64,000 bases of DNA, from positions 13,378-77,377 of the forward strand of contig DATJUI010000019.1 in NCBI GenBank assembly GCA_035502455.1, written 5' to 3'. The notes beneath the pieces were generated by a model, which worked only from the letters and a program-made list of their open reading frames with translations, searched no databases and was not told the origin of the DNA. The position numbers and the translations under genes are program-made. This DNA is from Thermoplasmata archaeon (GTDB lineage: Archaea; Thermoplasmatota; Thermoplasmata; Lutacidiplasmatales; UBA184). Below, one piece after another: positions 56,207 to 64,000 of the stretch (positions are counted from its first letter, which is position 1; each line of letters begins with the position of its first letter).

Positions 56207-57274
56207 ATGGCGGTCGTTAAGCCGGTCGTCCTGCGGAGCCTGAACCGCGCCCTGCGCAACCTCGCCGGCGAGAAGAGCCCGGTCATCGCGGGGCACAAGC
56301 TGCTCTACCGGTGCAACCTCGAATGCAAGATGTGCCCGTTCTGGCGGCGGGAGGACGAGCAGCTGCTCGGGCTCGCGGACGAGATCCGGATGATGGAGGC
56401 CCTCGCGCGGGCGGGCGTCTCGTTCCTGGGCTTCGAGGGCGGCGAACCGCTCCTGCGGCGCGATGTCGGCGAGATCGTGGCCGAGGCCCACACCCGGTTC
56501 CATACCTCCCTCGTCACGAACGGTTGGCTCCTCGAGCACCGGTTGCCCGAGATCGCCCCGCACCTCGACCTGCTGTTCGTGTCGCTCGACGGCATCGGGG
56601 CGACGCACGACCGGCTGCGGGGGATCCCTCGGTCGTTCGACCGGGCGGTCAGCGGCATGAAGGCGTCGCGATCCGAGGTGCCGACGGTCATCAGCCACAC
56701 CGTGACCCGCGAGAACGCCGACCAGGCGGAGCAGGTCGTCGAGCTCGCCGAGCGCCTCGACGTGGGGATCACGGTCCAGATCGCGTACGACTACCGGACC
56801 GCCGACGCGATGTCGCCGAAGCCCGAGCAGCTCCGCCCGGTCATCGAACGGCTCCGCGACCTGCGCAAGAGCGGGGCGCCCCTCCTCGAATCGGTCGACT
56901 ACTTCGACGCGATCCTCGGGTCCTGGTACGGCGAGAAGCCGTGGCGGTGCAAGCCGTGGCTGACGGTGAACGTCGACCCGCAGGGACGTCTCGTCCTCCC
57001 CTGCTACGTCCTCCAGGAGTACGAGGGTTCCCTACCGGTCTGGGACGTCGACGTGCGCGCCCTCTGGAACTCGTTCGACTGGGCCCCGTACGAGTCGTGC
57101 AACAAGTGCGCGCTCGCCTGCTACCTCGAGCCGTCGCTGTTCCGGTGGACCGACTTCGCGAGCCTCAAGGACCGGGTGGTGGACGCCTCCGTCCACTATC
57201 TGCGGCGCACCACCCGCACATCGACCCGCATGCCCTCGAGCTCGCTCGTCCAGATCGAGGCCGCCGCCGACTGA
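56207..57274 (+). CDS. radical SAM enzyme with SPASM/twitch-like C-terminal Cys cluster
   Basis: Internal ATG MAVVKP...; CNLECKMC (CxxxCxxC), GFEGGEPLL, C-terminal CKPW...PCY...CNKCALACY; track ORF has a spurious upstream extension. Confidence 0.75.
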   Translation: MAVVKPVVLRSLNRALRNLAGEKSPVIAGHKLLYRCNLECKMCPFWRREDEQLLGLADEIRMMEALARAGVSFLGFEGGEPLLRRDVGEIVAEAHTRFHTSLVTNGWLLEHRLPEIAPHLDLLFVSLDGIGATHDRLRGIPRSFDRAVSGMKASRSEVPTVISHTVTRENADQAEQVVELAERLDVGITVQIAYDYRTADAMSPKPEQLRPVIERLRDLRKSGAPLLESVDYFDAILGSWYGEKPWRCKPWLTVNVDPQGRLVLPCYVLQEYEGSLPVWDVDVRALWNSFDWAPYESCNKCALACYLEPSLFRWTDFASLKDRVVDASVHYLRRTTRTSTRMPSSSLVQIEAAAD

Positions 57275-57327
57275 CCCCGCGGGGCGCGCCGGCTCCCCCC
57301 TCGCCGGACGGGTCCGCCCGGCGAGGC

Positions 57328-58182
57328 TCAGGAGGCGCGCGGCCCCCGGGCGCGGCCGGGGCGCGCCCGCGCGGCGATGCCCACGACCTCGGGAGGGACG
57401 GCGAGCTCGGAGTCGTCGAGGTAGACGGACGGCGCGCCCCGGGGCCGCTCGATCCGCCGGTCGAACGCGAGGAACTCGTTGCCGTCCGGGTCCGAGAAGC
57501 GGATCGTGCGCTCCCCCCACGGCTCGACCTCGACGCCGTGCGTGATCTGGGCGTGGGCATGGCGCAGCCGGAGCTCGAGCGCCTCCACGCTGTCGGTCTG
57601 GAAGACGATCCCCTTCGAGGCGCCGAGGCGCGCGAGCGCCTCGGAGTATTCCGGCTCCCCCCACTCCGGGCGGGGCGCGATCAGCGAGAGGGCGACCGCG
57701 CCGGGCCCCAGCGCGAGCTCGACGTACTGCGTGTCGACGTCGTGGCGGACCACGTCGAGGCCCAGCACGTCCCGGTACCAGTCGATCGCCCGGGCCTGGT
57801 CCCGGACCACCACGGGCACCCGCTGGACCTGGGTGAGCCGTCCGGAGCCGCGGGCGGGCGGCGGCTCGATGACCACGCCGGAACCGGCCCGGGCAGGGCT
57901 CCACGCCAGCACCTGGTACTCCGAGCCGGGGAGCTCGCGCAACGGATCCTTGCGGAGCAGGCGCGTCGCCTCGGCCGCATCGGTCGCCCGGAACACGAGC
58001 AGGTCGCCGTCCGGCTGGACGAGCGGGCCGTGGGCCACGAGCCGCCCGACGCGATCGAACTCGTCGAGGTAGCTGCGGATCACGCTCGGGCGGGGGACGC
58101 TCTCGAGCGAGTCGGCCCCGAACCGGACGAGACGGACGAACAGCCGCTTCGGCTTCTGCCGTCGCCGCGTCCCGGGAACCAT
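57328..58182 (-). CDS. YciI-like (dimeric alpha/beta barrel) plus VOC/glyoxalase fusion protein
   Basis: 284-aa C-terminal part of a 1319-aa artefact ORF; FVRLVRF...LDEFDRVGRLVAHGPL (YciI-like) then VVVRDQARAIDWYRDVLGL...RFSDPDGNEFLAF (VOC). Confidence 0.6.
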   Translation of the reverse strand: MVPGTRRRQKPKRLFVRLVRFGADSLESVPRPSVIRSYLDEFDRVGRLVAHGPLVQPDGDLLVFRATDAAEATRLLRKDPLRELPGSEYQVLAWSPARAGSGVVIEPPPARGSGRLTQVQRVPVVVRDQARAIDWYRDVLGLDVVRHDVDTQYVELALGPGAVALSLIAPRPEWGEPEYSEALARLGASKGIVFQTDSVEALELRLRHAHAQITHGVEVEPWGERTIRFSDPDGNEFLAFDRRIERPRGAPSVYLDDSELAVPPEVVGIAARARPGRARGPRAS

Positions 58183-58293
58183 CGTGCCGATAGGCCGACC
58201 GGCCACTCGGATTTGTACTCTTCCCGCGACCGGGACCCGGTCGGCCGGCCCCCGTCGCGCAAAATACGCGCGCGGGGTCCGCCTCTCCCGACC

Positions 58294-59082
58294 ATGCCGA
58301 CTCTCGAAGTCCCCCGCGCGTTCGACCGGATCTCTCCCCAGTACGACGCGACGCGCGAGCCGCTCGAGCCGGCGGCCCTCGACCGACTCGGCGCGACGCT
58401 GCGGGACCGGGGGGTCCACCGACTGCTCGAGGTCGGGGTCGGGACCGGCCGGATCGCGGGTCCGCTCGCCGCGAAGGGGATCCGGGTCACCGGGATCGAC
58501 GCGTCGACGGGGATGCTCGCGCAGGCGCGGCAGAAGGGCGTGGTGCGCCTCGTCCGGGGGACCGCGTACCGGCTCCCGTTCGCCGACGGGGCGTTCGACG
58601 GGGCGCTGTTCGTCCACGTGATCCACCTGCTCGAGGAACCGCGGGCGGCGATCGCCGAGGCGCTCCGGGTCGGCCCGCGCGGGGCGTTCGCGCTGGTCCG
58701 GCCGCTCGGCGACGGGACGGGCGAACGCCGGCCCGGTCCGGGGCGCGAGGCGCGGCGGGTCTTCTTCCGGATCCTGGGCGAGCGGGGGTACCCGGTGCCG
58801 CTGCGCCGCGAGGGGGCCGGGGGGCCCTCGGTCCGGGAGGCGAAGGTGCTCGCCGAGCTCCCGCCGGACCGCCTCGAGACGCTCGCGGAGGTCACCGTGG
58901 AGAGCTCGGTCGGGGCGAGCCTTAAGATGTTCGCGCTCGGCGCGAGCCGGCACACGCTCGACATACCCCGCGACGTGCTCCAGGCCGCGGCCGACGCCGC
59001 GCTCGCGGAGGTCGGCGACCGGCCGTTCTCCTACCGCCGGGTCGAGGCGCTGGCCCAGTGGACCCGCCGGCCGGCCCCCTAG
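58294..59082 (+). CDS. class I SAM-dependent methyltransferase
   Basis: LLEVGVGTGRIAGPLAAKGIRVTGIDAS motif I; inside a 923-aa artefact ORF. Confidence 0.75.
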   Translation: MPTLEVPRAFDRISPQYDATREPLEPAALDRLGATLRDRGVHRLLEVGVGTGRIAGPLAAKGIRVTGIDASTGMLAQARQKGVVRLVRGTAYRLPFADGAFDGALFVHVIHLLEEPRAAIAEALRVGPRGAFALVRPLGDGTGERRPGPGREARRVFFRILGERGYPVPLRREGAGGPSVREAKVLAELPPDRLETLAEVTVESSVGASLKMFALGASRHTLDIPRDVLQAAADAALAEVGDRPFSYRRVEALAQWTRRPAP

Positions 59083-61769
59083 GGCGACCGGCCGGTCGCG
59101 AAGCGGTGCTCCATCACGTACGGCAGGACGCCGCCGGCCCGATAGTACCCGAGCTCGGTCGTCGAGTGGATCTCGCACCGCGCGACGAAGCGGACGGCGC
59201 TGCCGTCGTCCCGCCGCGCCTCCACCTCGACCTCGCCCCGCGGGGCGAGCGCTCCGCCCGGCACGCGGAGCTCGAACGCCTCGCGCCCGGTGAGCCCGAG
59301 GGCCTTCCAGCCGCGGCCGGCCGGGAAGGTGAGGGGGAGCACCCCCATCTCGACCAGGTTCGACCGGTGGATCCGCTCGAACGTCTCGCAGATCACCGCC
59401 CCCACGCCGAGCAGCCGCGGGCCTTTCGCGGCCCAGTCCCGCGAGCTCCCCTGCCCGTAGCCCTTCCCCGCGAGGACGATCAGGGGGACGCCGTCGCGCG
59501 CGTACCGCTGCGCGGCCTCGAAGATCGACGCCGGGGCGCCGTCCGGCAGGTGGACCGTCACGCCGCCCTCCCGGGGCACGGCGAGCTCGTTCTTGAGGCG
59601 CACGTTCCCGAAGGTGCCGCGGACCATCACCTCGTGATGGCCGCGCCGCGTCCCGTAGGTGTTGAACTCCGCCGGCGGGACGCCGCGCGCGATCAGCCAC
59701 TGGCCCGCGGGCGAGCTCTCGGGGATCTCCCCCGCCGGGGAGATGTGGTCCGTGGAGACCCGGTCCCCGAGCACCACGAGCGCCCGGGCCCCGGCGACCA
59801 GCCGCCCGTCCACCGGCCGCCACGGCGGCGGCAGCGACAGGTACGGGGCTTCCGCGAGGTAGGTCGACGCGGGGTCCCACGGGTAGTTCGCGCCGCTCGG
59901 GACGTCGAGCGATTCCCAGTGGACGTCCCCGACCTCGATCGCCCGGTACTTCTCCGTGTACATCGAGGGATCGAGGCTCTTCGCCACGATCCCCTGGATC
60001 TCGCCCGGGCTCGGCCAGAGGTCCTTGAGGTAGATCGGCCGGCCGTCCCGGCCCTTCCCCAGCGGCTGGTGGGTGAGGTCGACGTCCATCCGGCCCGCGA
60101 GCGCGTAGGCCACGACGAGCATCGGGGAGGCGAGGTAGGCGGTCCGGGTGTCGTTGTTGATCCGCGCGTCGAAGTTGCGGTTGCCGCTGAGCACCGCGGC
60201 GACCACGAGGTCGCGGTCGCGGACCTGCTGCGACACCGCCGGGATGAGCGGGCCGGAGTTGCCGATGCAGGTCGTGCATCCGAACCCGACGACCGCGAAG
60301 CCGAGCTGGGCGAGCGGGTCCAAGAGGCCGGCGCGCTCGAGGTACGCGGTGACGACCTTCGACCCCGGCGCCAGCGAGGTCTTCACGTGCGGCGGGACGG
60401 AGAGCCCGAGCGCGAGCGCCCTCTGCGCGATGAGGCCCGCGCCGACCATCACGGACGGGTTCGAGGTGTTCGTGCAGCTGGTGATCGCCGCGATGACCAC
60501 CGCGCCGTCGTCGATCGCCGGGGCGACGGGCGGCGCCGTCGCCGCCTTCGCCGGGTGCCCGGCGCGGTACGCGGCGACCGCCTTCTGGAACGACAGCGGC
60601 GCGTCGCCGAGCGCGACCGACTCGTCCGGGTTGCGGGGGCCGGCGACCGTCGGCACCACGCGGCCGAGGTCGATGGAGAGCGTCGAGTCGTAGTCGATCG
60701 CACCCGGGGCCGGGGAGCCCCACAGCCCCTGGGCGCGCGCGTACGCCTCGACCCGCGCGATCTGCGCGGGGTCGCGCCCGGTCGCGGCGAGATAGGCGAG
60801 CGTCGCCGCGTCGATCGGGAAGTACGCGGCGGTCGCCCCGTACTCCGGGCACATGTTGGAGATCGTCGCCCGGTCCGGCACGGAGAGGTGGGCGACGCCC
60901 GGACCGAAGAACTCCACGAACTGATCGACGACCCCCTGCTCGCGGAGCCGCCGGGTGACGGTCAGCACGAGGTCGGTCGCGGTCGCCCCCTCGGGGAGCA
61001 CGCCCGTGAGCTCGACGCCGACGACGACCGGGCGCGGCAGGAAGTACGGCTCGCCGAGCATCACCGCCTCGGCCTCGATGCCGCCGACCCCCCACCCCAG
61101 CACGGAGACGCCGTTCACCATCGTCGTGTGGGAGTCCGTGCCGATGAGGGTGTCCGGAAACGCGACGGGGCCCCCGTCGCCGTCGCGGCGGGTGACGACG
61201 GTCGCCAGGTACTCGAGGTTCACCTGGTGGCAGATCCCGTTGCCCGGCGGGACGATCCGAAGGTGCCGGTAGGCGCCCTTCGCCCACCGCAGGAAGCGGT
61301 ACCGCTCGTGGTTGCGCTCGTACTCCCGGTCGAGGTTGATCATCAGCGAGCGGGGCGAGCCGAAGCTGTCGACCTGTACGGAGTGGTCGACGATCAGATC
61401 GACCGGGATCGAGGGATTGACGCGCTCGGCCGGGAGTCCCCGGGTCACCGCCGCGCTGCGGAGGATCGAAAGGTCGACGATCACGGGGACGCCCGTGAAG
61501 TCCTGGAGCAGCACCCGCTCGGGGTAGTACGCGAACTCGGTCCCCTCCGGGATCGACTGCCCGTTCGCGAGCGCGACGATCGCCGCCGCGTCGCCGTGCG
61601 CCGGATCGAAGTGGCGGACGACGTTCTCGAGGATCACCCGGACGGTCCGCGGACGGCGGGAGAAGCGGACAGGGTCGACGCCCGCCAGCCGCTCGGGGCG
61701 AAAGATCGTCACGGCGTCGTTCCCGAGCGCGAGTCGGTCGGCGGCGCCGAGGGGATCGGAGCGGGTCAT
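59079..61769 (-). CDS. acnA: aconitate hydratase A
   Basis: 896 aa; aconitase domains 1-4 with Fe-S ligand cysteines (ITSCTNTSNP; GFGCTTCIGNSG). Confidence 0.9.
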   Translation of the reverse strand: MTRSDPLGAADRLALGNDAVTIFRPERLAGVDPVRFSRRPRTVRVILENVVRHFDPAHGDAAAIVALANGQSIPEGTEFAYYPERVLLQDFTGVPVIVDLSILRSAAVTRGLPAERVNPSIPVDLIVDHSVQVDSFGSPRSLMINLDREYERNHERYRFLRWAKGAYRHLRIVPPGNGICHQVNLEYLATVVTRRDGDGGPVAFPDTLIGTDSHTTMVNGVSVLGWGVGGIEAEAVMLGEPYFLPRPVVVGVELTGVLPEGATATDLVLTVTRRLREQGVVDQFVEFFGPGVAHLSVPDRATISNMCPEYGATAAYFPIDAATLAYLAATGRDPAQIARVEAYARAQGLWGSPAPGAIDYDSTLSIDLGRVVPTVAGPRNPDESVALGDAPLSFQKAVAAYRAGHPAKAATAPPVAPAIDDGAVVIAAITSCTNTSNPSVMVGAGLIAQRALALGLSVPPHVKTSLAPGSKVVTAYLERAGLLDPLAQLGFAVVGFGCTTCIGNSGPLIPAVSQQVRDRDLVVAAVLSGNRNFDARINNDTRTAYLASPMLVVAYALAGRMDVDLTHQPLGKGRDGRPIYLKDLWPSPGEIQGIVAKSLDPSMYTEKYRAIEVGDVHWESLDVPSGANYPWDPASTYLAEAPYLSLPPPWRPVDGRLVAGARALVVLGDRVSTDHISPAGEIPESSPAGQWLIARGVPPAEFNTYGTRRGHHEVMVRGTFGNVRLKNELAVPREGGVTVHLPDGAPASIFEAAQRYARDGVPLIVLAGKGYGQGSSRDWAAKGPRLLGVGAVICETFERIHRSNLVEMGVLPLTFPAGRGWKALGLTGREAFELRVPGGALAPRGEVEVEARRDDGSAVRFVARCEIHSTTELGYYRAGGVLPYVMEHRFATGRSP

Positions 61770-61776
61770 GCCGGGG

Positions 61777-62784
61777 CTAGCGGGCGTCGGCTTTTGGGCT
61801 CTTTGGGCCCGCCTCGGCGACCGGCAACGCGTCCGCGGGGTCCCAGGCGACCTCGACCGGCGTGCCCACCGCGGGGATCGCGGCGGTCGGCGGGAGTCGA
61901 AGCTCCACCCGGTCGCCCGTCGCGAGGGCGACGACGGCGAGCGCTCCGGGCCCGGTCGATCCGGCCGCCCGCACGGTCCCGGGGCGGGAGGCGTCGCCGG
62001 CCCGCGCGAACCGGGTCGCCTCGGGCCGCACGGCGACCGTCCGGCCGTCGACGGCGAGCACGTTGTACCCGAGGAACCGCGCCGCCCGGGCGTCGGGGGG
62101 GCGGCCGAAGACCGTCGCGGGCGCGTCGGGCGCCGTCAACCGCCCGTCGAACAGGAGCCCGACCCGGTCGCCCAGGAACAGCCCCTCCTCCCGGTCGTGC
62201 GTCACGTGGACCGCGGTGACGTGGAGCGCCCCCAGGACCGACTTGAAGGCGCTTCGGAGCTCCGCCTTGAGCTCGACGTCGATCGACGCGAACGGCTCGT
62301 CGAGGAGGAGCACGCGCGGTCGGGCCGCCAGCGACCGAGCGAGCGCGACGCGCTGGCGCTCCCCGCCCGACAGGGCGTCGGGGTACCGGTCCTCGAACCC
62401 GGCGAGACCGAGCAGCGCCACGAGGCGCCCCACCTCGGCGTCGATCTCGCCGCCCGGCCGACGCTGGAGGAGCGGGGCGTACGCGATGTTCTCGTAGACG
62501 GTCCGGTGGGGGAACAGCGCCGGGTCCTGGAGCATGAGCCCGATCCCGCGCCGGTGGGCGGGGACGTCGCGCACCTCGCGGCCCTCGAGCCGGATCGACC
62601 CGGCCTCGGGCCGCTCCAGCCCCGCGAGGCACCGCAGCAGCGTCGTCTTGCCGCTCCCGTTCGGGCCCATCAGCGCGAGGAGCTCCCCCTCGGCGACCGC
62701 GAACGAGACCCGATCGACGACCGGTCGTCCGCCCCAGCAGGCCGTGAGCCCGTCGACCCGGAGGACCGGCTCAGAGCTCGACAC
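61777..62784 (-). CDS. ABC importer ATP-binding protein with C-terminal TOBE-like domain (Fe3+/thiamine/molybdate family)
   Basis: Walker A GPNGSGKTT, signature LSGGERQRVALARSL, Walker B LLLDEPFASID. Confidence 0.85.
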   Translation of the reverse strand: MSSSEPVLRVDGLTACWGGRPVVDRVSFAVAEGELLALMGPNGSGKTTLLRCLAGLERPEAGSIRLEGREVRDVPAHRRGIGLMLQDPALFPHRTVYENIAYAPLLQRRPGGEIDAEVGRLVALLGLAGFEDRYPDALSGGERQRVALARSLAARPRVLLLDEPFASIDVELKAELRSAFKSVLGALHVTAVHVTHDREEGLFLGDRVGLLFDGRLTAPDAPATVFGRPPDARAARFLGYNVLAVDGRTVAVRPEATRFARAGDASRPGTVRAAGSTGPGALAVVALATGDRVELRLPPTAAIPAVGTPVEVAWDPADALPVAEAGPKSPKADAR

Positions 62785-64000
62785 GCCGTCCTCCCACGAC
62801 GATCGCCGCGAAGACCGCGAGGCTCAGCAGCAGCAGGAGCCCGGCGGCCGCGTCGGCGACCGGGAACTGGCGCGCGGAGGTGAGCACGTAGAGGGCGATC
62901 GGCAACGTGGTCAGGGTCGGGGGGACGAGGAAGTTGGTCGCGGTGAACTCCCCGAGTCCGAAGGCGAAGGCGAACAGCCCGACGGTCACGAGCCCGTCGC
63001 GCACCCGCGGGAGGTCGGCGTCGAGGAAGGCGCTCCACCCGCCGGCGCCGAGCGTTCGGGCGGCCTCCCGCGCCGACGGCGAGAGCCCGCCGAGCGGGAT
63101 CGCGAGGCTCTGCAGGGCGAACGGCAGGGCGAGGATCGCCTGGCAGACGACCACGAGGATCCAGACCGTCGCCGCCGCGCTCGCGAGCGGTCGGTAGAAC
63201 GAGGCGAGCGCGAAGGCGAGGACGATCGGCGAGAGCAGCAGCGGGACGAACAGGAGCGTGCCGAGGCCCGCCGCGCGGTCGGGTCGGGGCGTCACCGCGT
63301 AGCCCCCGACCACGCCGAGGAGGAGGGCGATCAGCGCCGCGACGGTCGCGAAGAACAGCGTGTTGCCGACGGCCGCGAGGGCGCTGGTCCCGAGGTGGGC
63401 GGTCGTGGACGGCGAGAACAGCGCCTGCCACGCCGCGCCGGCCGCCTGGCCCCCGACCGGCGCCGCGGTGCGCCACAGCACCGCGGCGAGGAGCACCGCC
63501 TCGCCGCCGAGCACCGCGGCCGTCTCCGCCGCGAGCGCCCAGGCGATCGGGTCGTCCCGCGCGACCGGGCGGGCCCGCACGGCGGTCCGGCCGGGCGACC
63601 CCCGAAGCCGCCGGGCGAGGACCACGTAGATCACCGTCGGGACGAGCAGGACCGCGACCATCCACAGCGCGAGGGCCGCGGCGGCGTTCGGGTCGAGGAA
63701 CGTCTGGTCGAGCACGTAGACCTGGGCCTCGAGCGTGTAGCAGCGGCTCCCCGTGCCGCAGAGGAGGAGCGGCGGGGCGAACGAGAGGGCGGAGAAGACG
63801 AACGTGAGCATCCCCCCGGCCGCCGCGCCGACCCACGTGGGACCGGCCCAGACGTCGCGGTACCGACGCCACGGCGGCGCGCCGAGCGTCGCCGCCGCTT
63901 CCTCGAGATCGGCGGGGGCGCTCTCGCACCCGGCCGCCGTGAGCAGGATCACGATCGGGACGTTGAAGACGAGGTTGGCGGCGACGATCGCGGGGACCCC
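62771..64000 (-). CDS. ABC importer permease (two-domain FbpB/ThiP-like); N-terminus beyond window end
   Basis: EAA-loop motifs (EEAAATLGAPPWRRYRDV and EAARTLGAGGWSAFLDADLPRV); reading frame open to window edge; overlaps ATPase gene by 14 nt. Confidence 0.7.
   Translation of the reverse strand, partial: GVPAIVAANLVFNVPIVILLTAAGCESAPADLEEAAATLGAPPWRRYRDVWAGPTWVGAAAGGMLTFVFSALSFAPPLLLCGTGSRCYTLEAQVYVLDQTFLDPNAAAALALWMVAVLLVPTVIYVVLARRLRGSPGRTAVRARPVARDDPIAWALAAETAAVLGGEAVLLAAVLWRTAAPVGGQAAGAAWQALFSPSTTAHLGTSALAAVGNTLFFATVAALIALLLGVVGGYAVTPRPDRAAGLGTLLFVPLLLSPIVLAFALASFYRPLASAAATVWILVVVCQAILALPFALQSLAIPLGGLSPSAREAARTLGAGGWSAFLDADLPRVRDGLVTVGLFAFAFGLGEFTATNFLVPPTLTTLPIALYVLTSARQFPVADAAAGLLLLLSLAVFAAIVVGGRRVEL

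Noticed and set aside
56131-56220. 29-codon ORF (MAAFSRPPRLLRTARRVAEGLRGGRDGGR) overlapping the start of the SPASM radical SAM gene, considered as a RiPP precursor peptide
   Set aside because: Arg-rich with no Cys/Ser/Thr core and no leader-like motif. It looks like a chance frame in GC-rich DNA.
57328-61287. 1319-aa ORF on the minus strand, and other giant ORFs (26713-30870 +, 10590-13910 -, 6098-9697 +, 17326-18777 -, 23233-25986 -)
   Set aside because: Arg/Pro/Gly-rich low-complexity translations that run antisense or out of frame across several well-recognised genes (aconitase, hel308, S53 protease, smc, leuS). This is the classic open-frame artefact of about 70 % GC DNA. Only their in-frame sub-segments matching real families were kept (YciI-VOC at 57328-58182; gatE inside 42260-45406).
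1-64000. CRISPR arrays or cas genes
   Set aside because: No regularly spaced repeats of 24-40 nt and no Cas-like proteins were seen on either strand. The only repeat family is the tRNA-Arg-derived one.
1-64000. Haloarchaeal origin suggested by the high GC content
   Set aside because: Encoded proteins are Arg-rich and not notably acidic (e.g. FtsZ, L11, SMC head). There is no Asp/Glu surplus typical of salt-in halophiles, so only a high-GC non-halophilic archaeon is claimed.

Overview
High-GC (about 68-70 %) archaeal chromosomal segment. Archaeal assignment rests on glycerol-1-phosphate dehydrogenase, archaeal-type LeuRS, GatD/GatE, the secE-spt5-rpl11 block with ftsZ, Hel308, an Orc1/Cdc6-like protein, an MptE-like kinase, and leaderless promoters with TATA boxes. 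Proteins are Arg-rich rather than acidic, so this is not a haloarchaeon. The giant ORFs in the supplied track are antisense or out-of-frame artefacts of the GC content. Real genes were picked by recognisable protein families and operon logic.

First ~45 kb is mostly housekeeping:
- an IS110-family transposase truncated by the window edge;
- cupin, SDR, cyclase, aminotransferase, ITPase, nitroreductase and GNAT genes;
- a contiguous smc-scpA-scpB operon;
- a sedolisin-like surface protease;
- HIT, MEMO1, dcd, leuS, queE and egsA;
- a glycosylation cluster (two GT2 glycosyltransferases, an epimerase, a large polytopic membrane protein);
- an NFACT/Rqc2 homologue, an acyl-CoA dehydrogenase, hel308, MscS, an ICDH-family dehydrogenase;
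- ftsZ-secE-spt5-rpl11, then gatE-gatD.

Two tRNA genes, Pro-TGG and Arg-GCG, are each about 108 nt. Both appear to carry a ~30-35 nt insertion at the same D-loop position.

Most notable region: downstream of tRNA-Arg lies a lower-GC, about 7 kb accretion island. It is partitioned by diverged copies of the tRNA 3' end plus flank into cassettes:
- a VOC protein;
- vapBC;
- a membrane protein with a TehB-like methyltransferase;
- a GH-like TIM barrel, a TylM1/DesVI-type aminosugar N,N-dimethyltransferase and MarR.
Beyond it sits an actinobacteria-like block: a DrrAB-type ABC exporter, ferredoxin, DUF1801, a SPASM radical SAM enzyme, a YciI-VOC fusion and a methyltransferase. Aconitase and an ABC importer resume the core genome. 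No integrase and no CRISPR array were seen.

Other oddities:
- Spt5 carries an in-frame N-terminal extension of about 170 aa.
- The Orc1/Cdc6-like protein lacks the Walker A lysine.
- A small Lys/Ala/Pro-rich leaderless gene has a perfect TATA box.
- The ribosomal protein cluster stops after L11.
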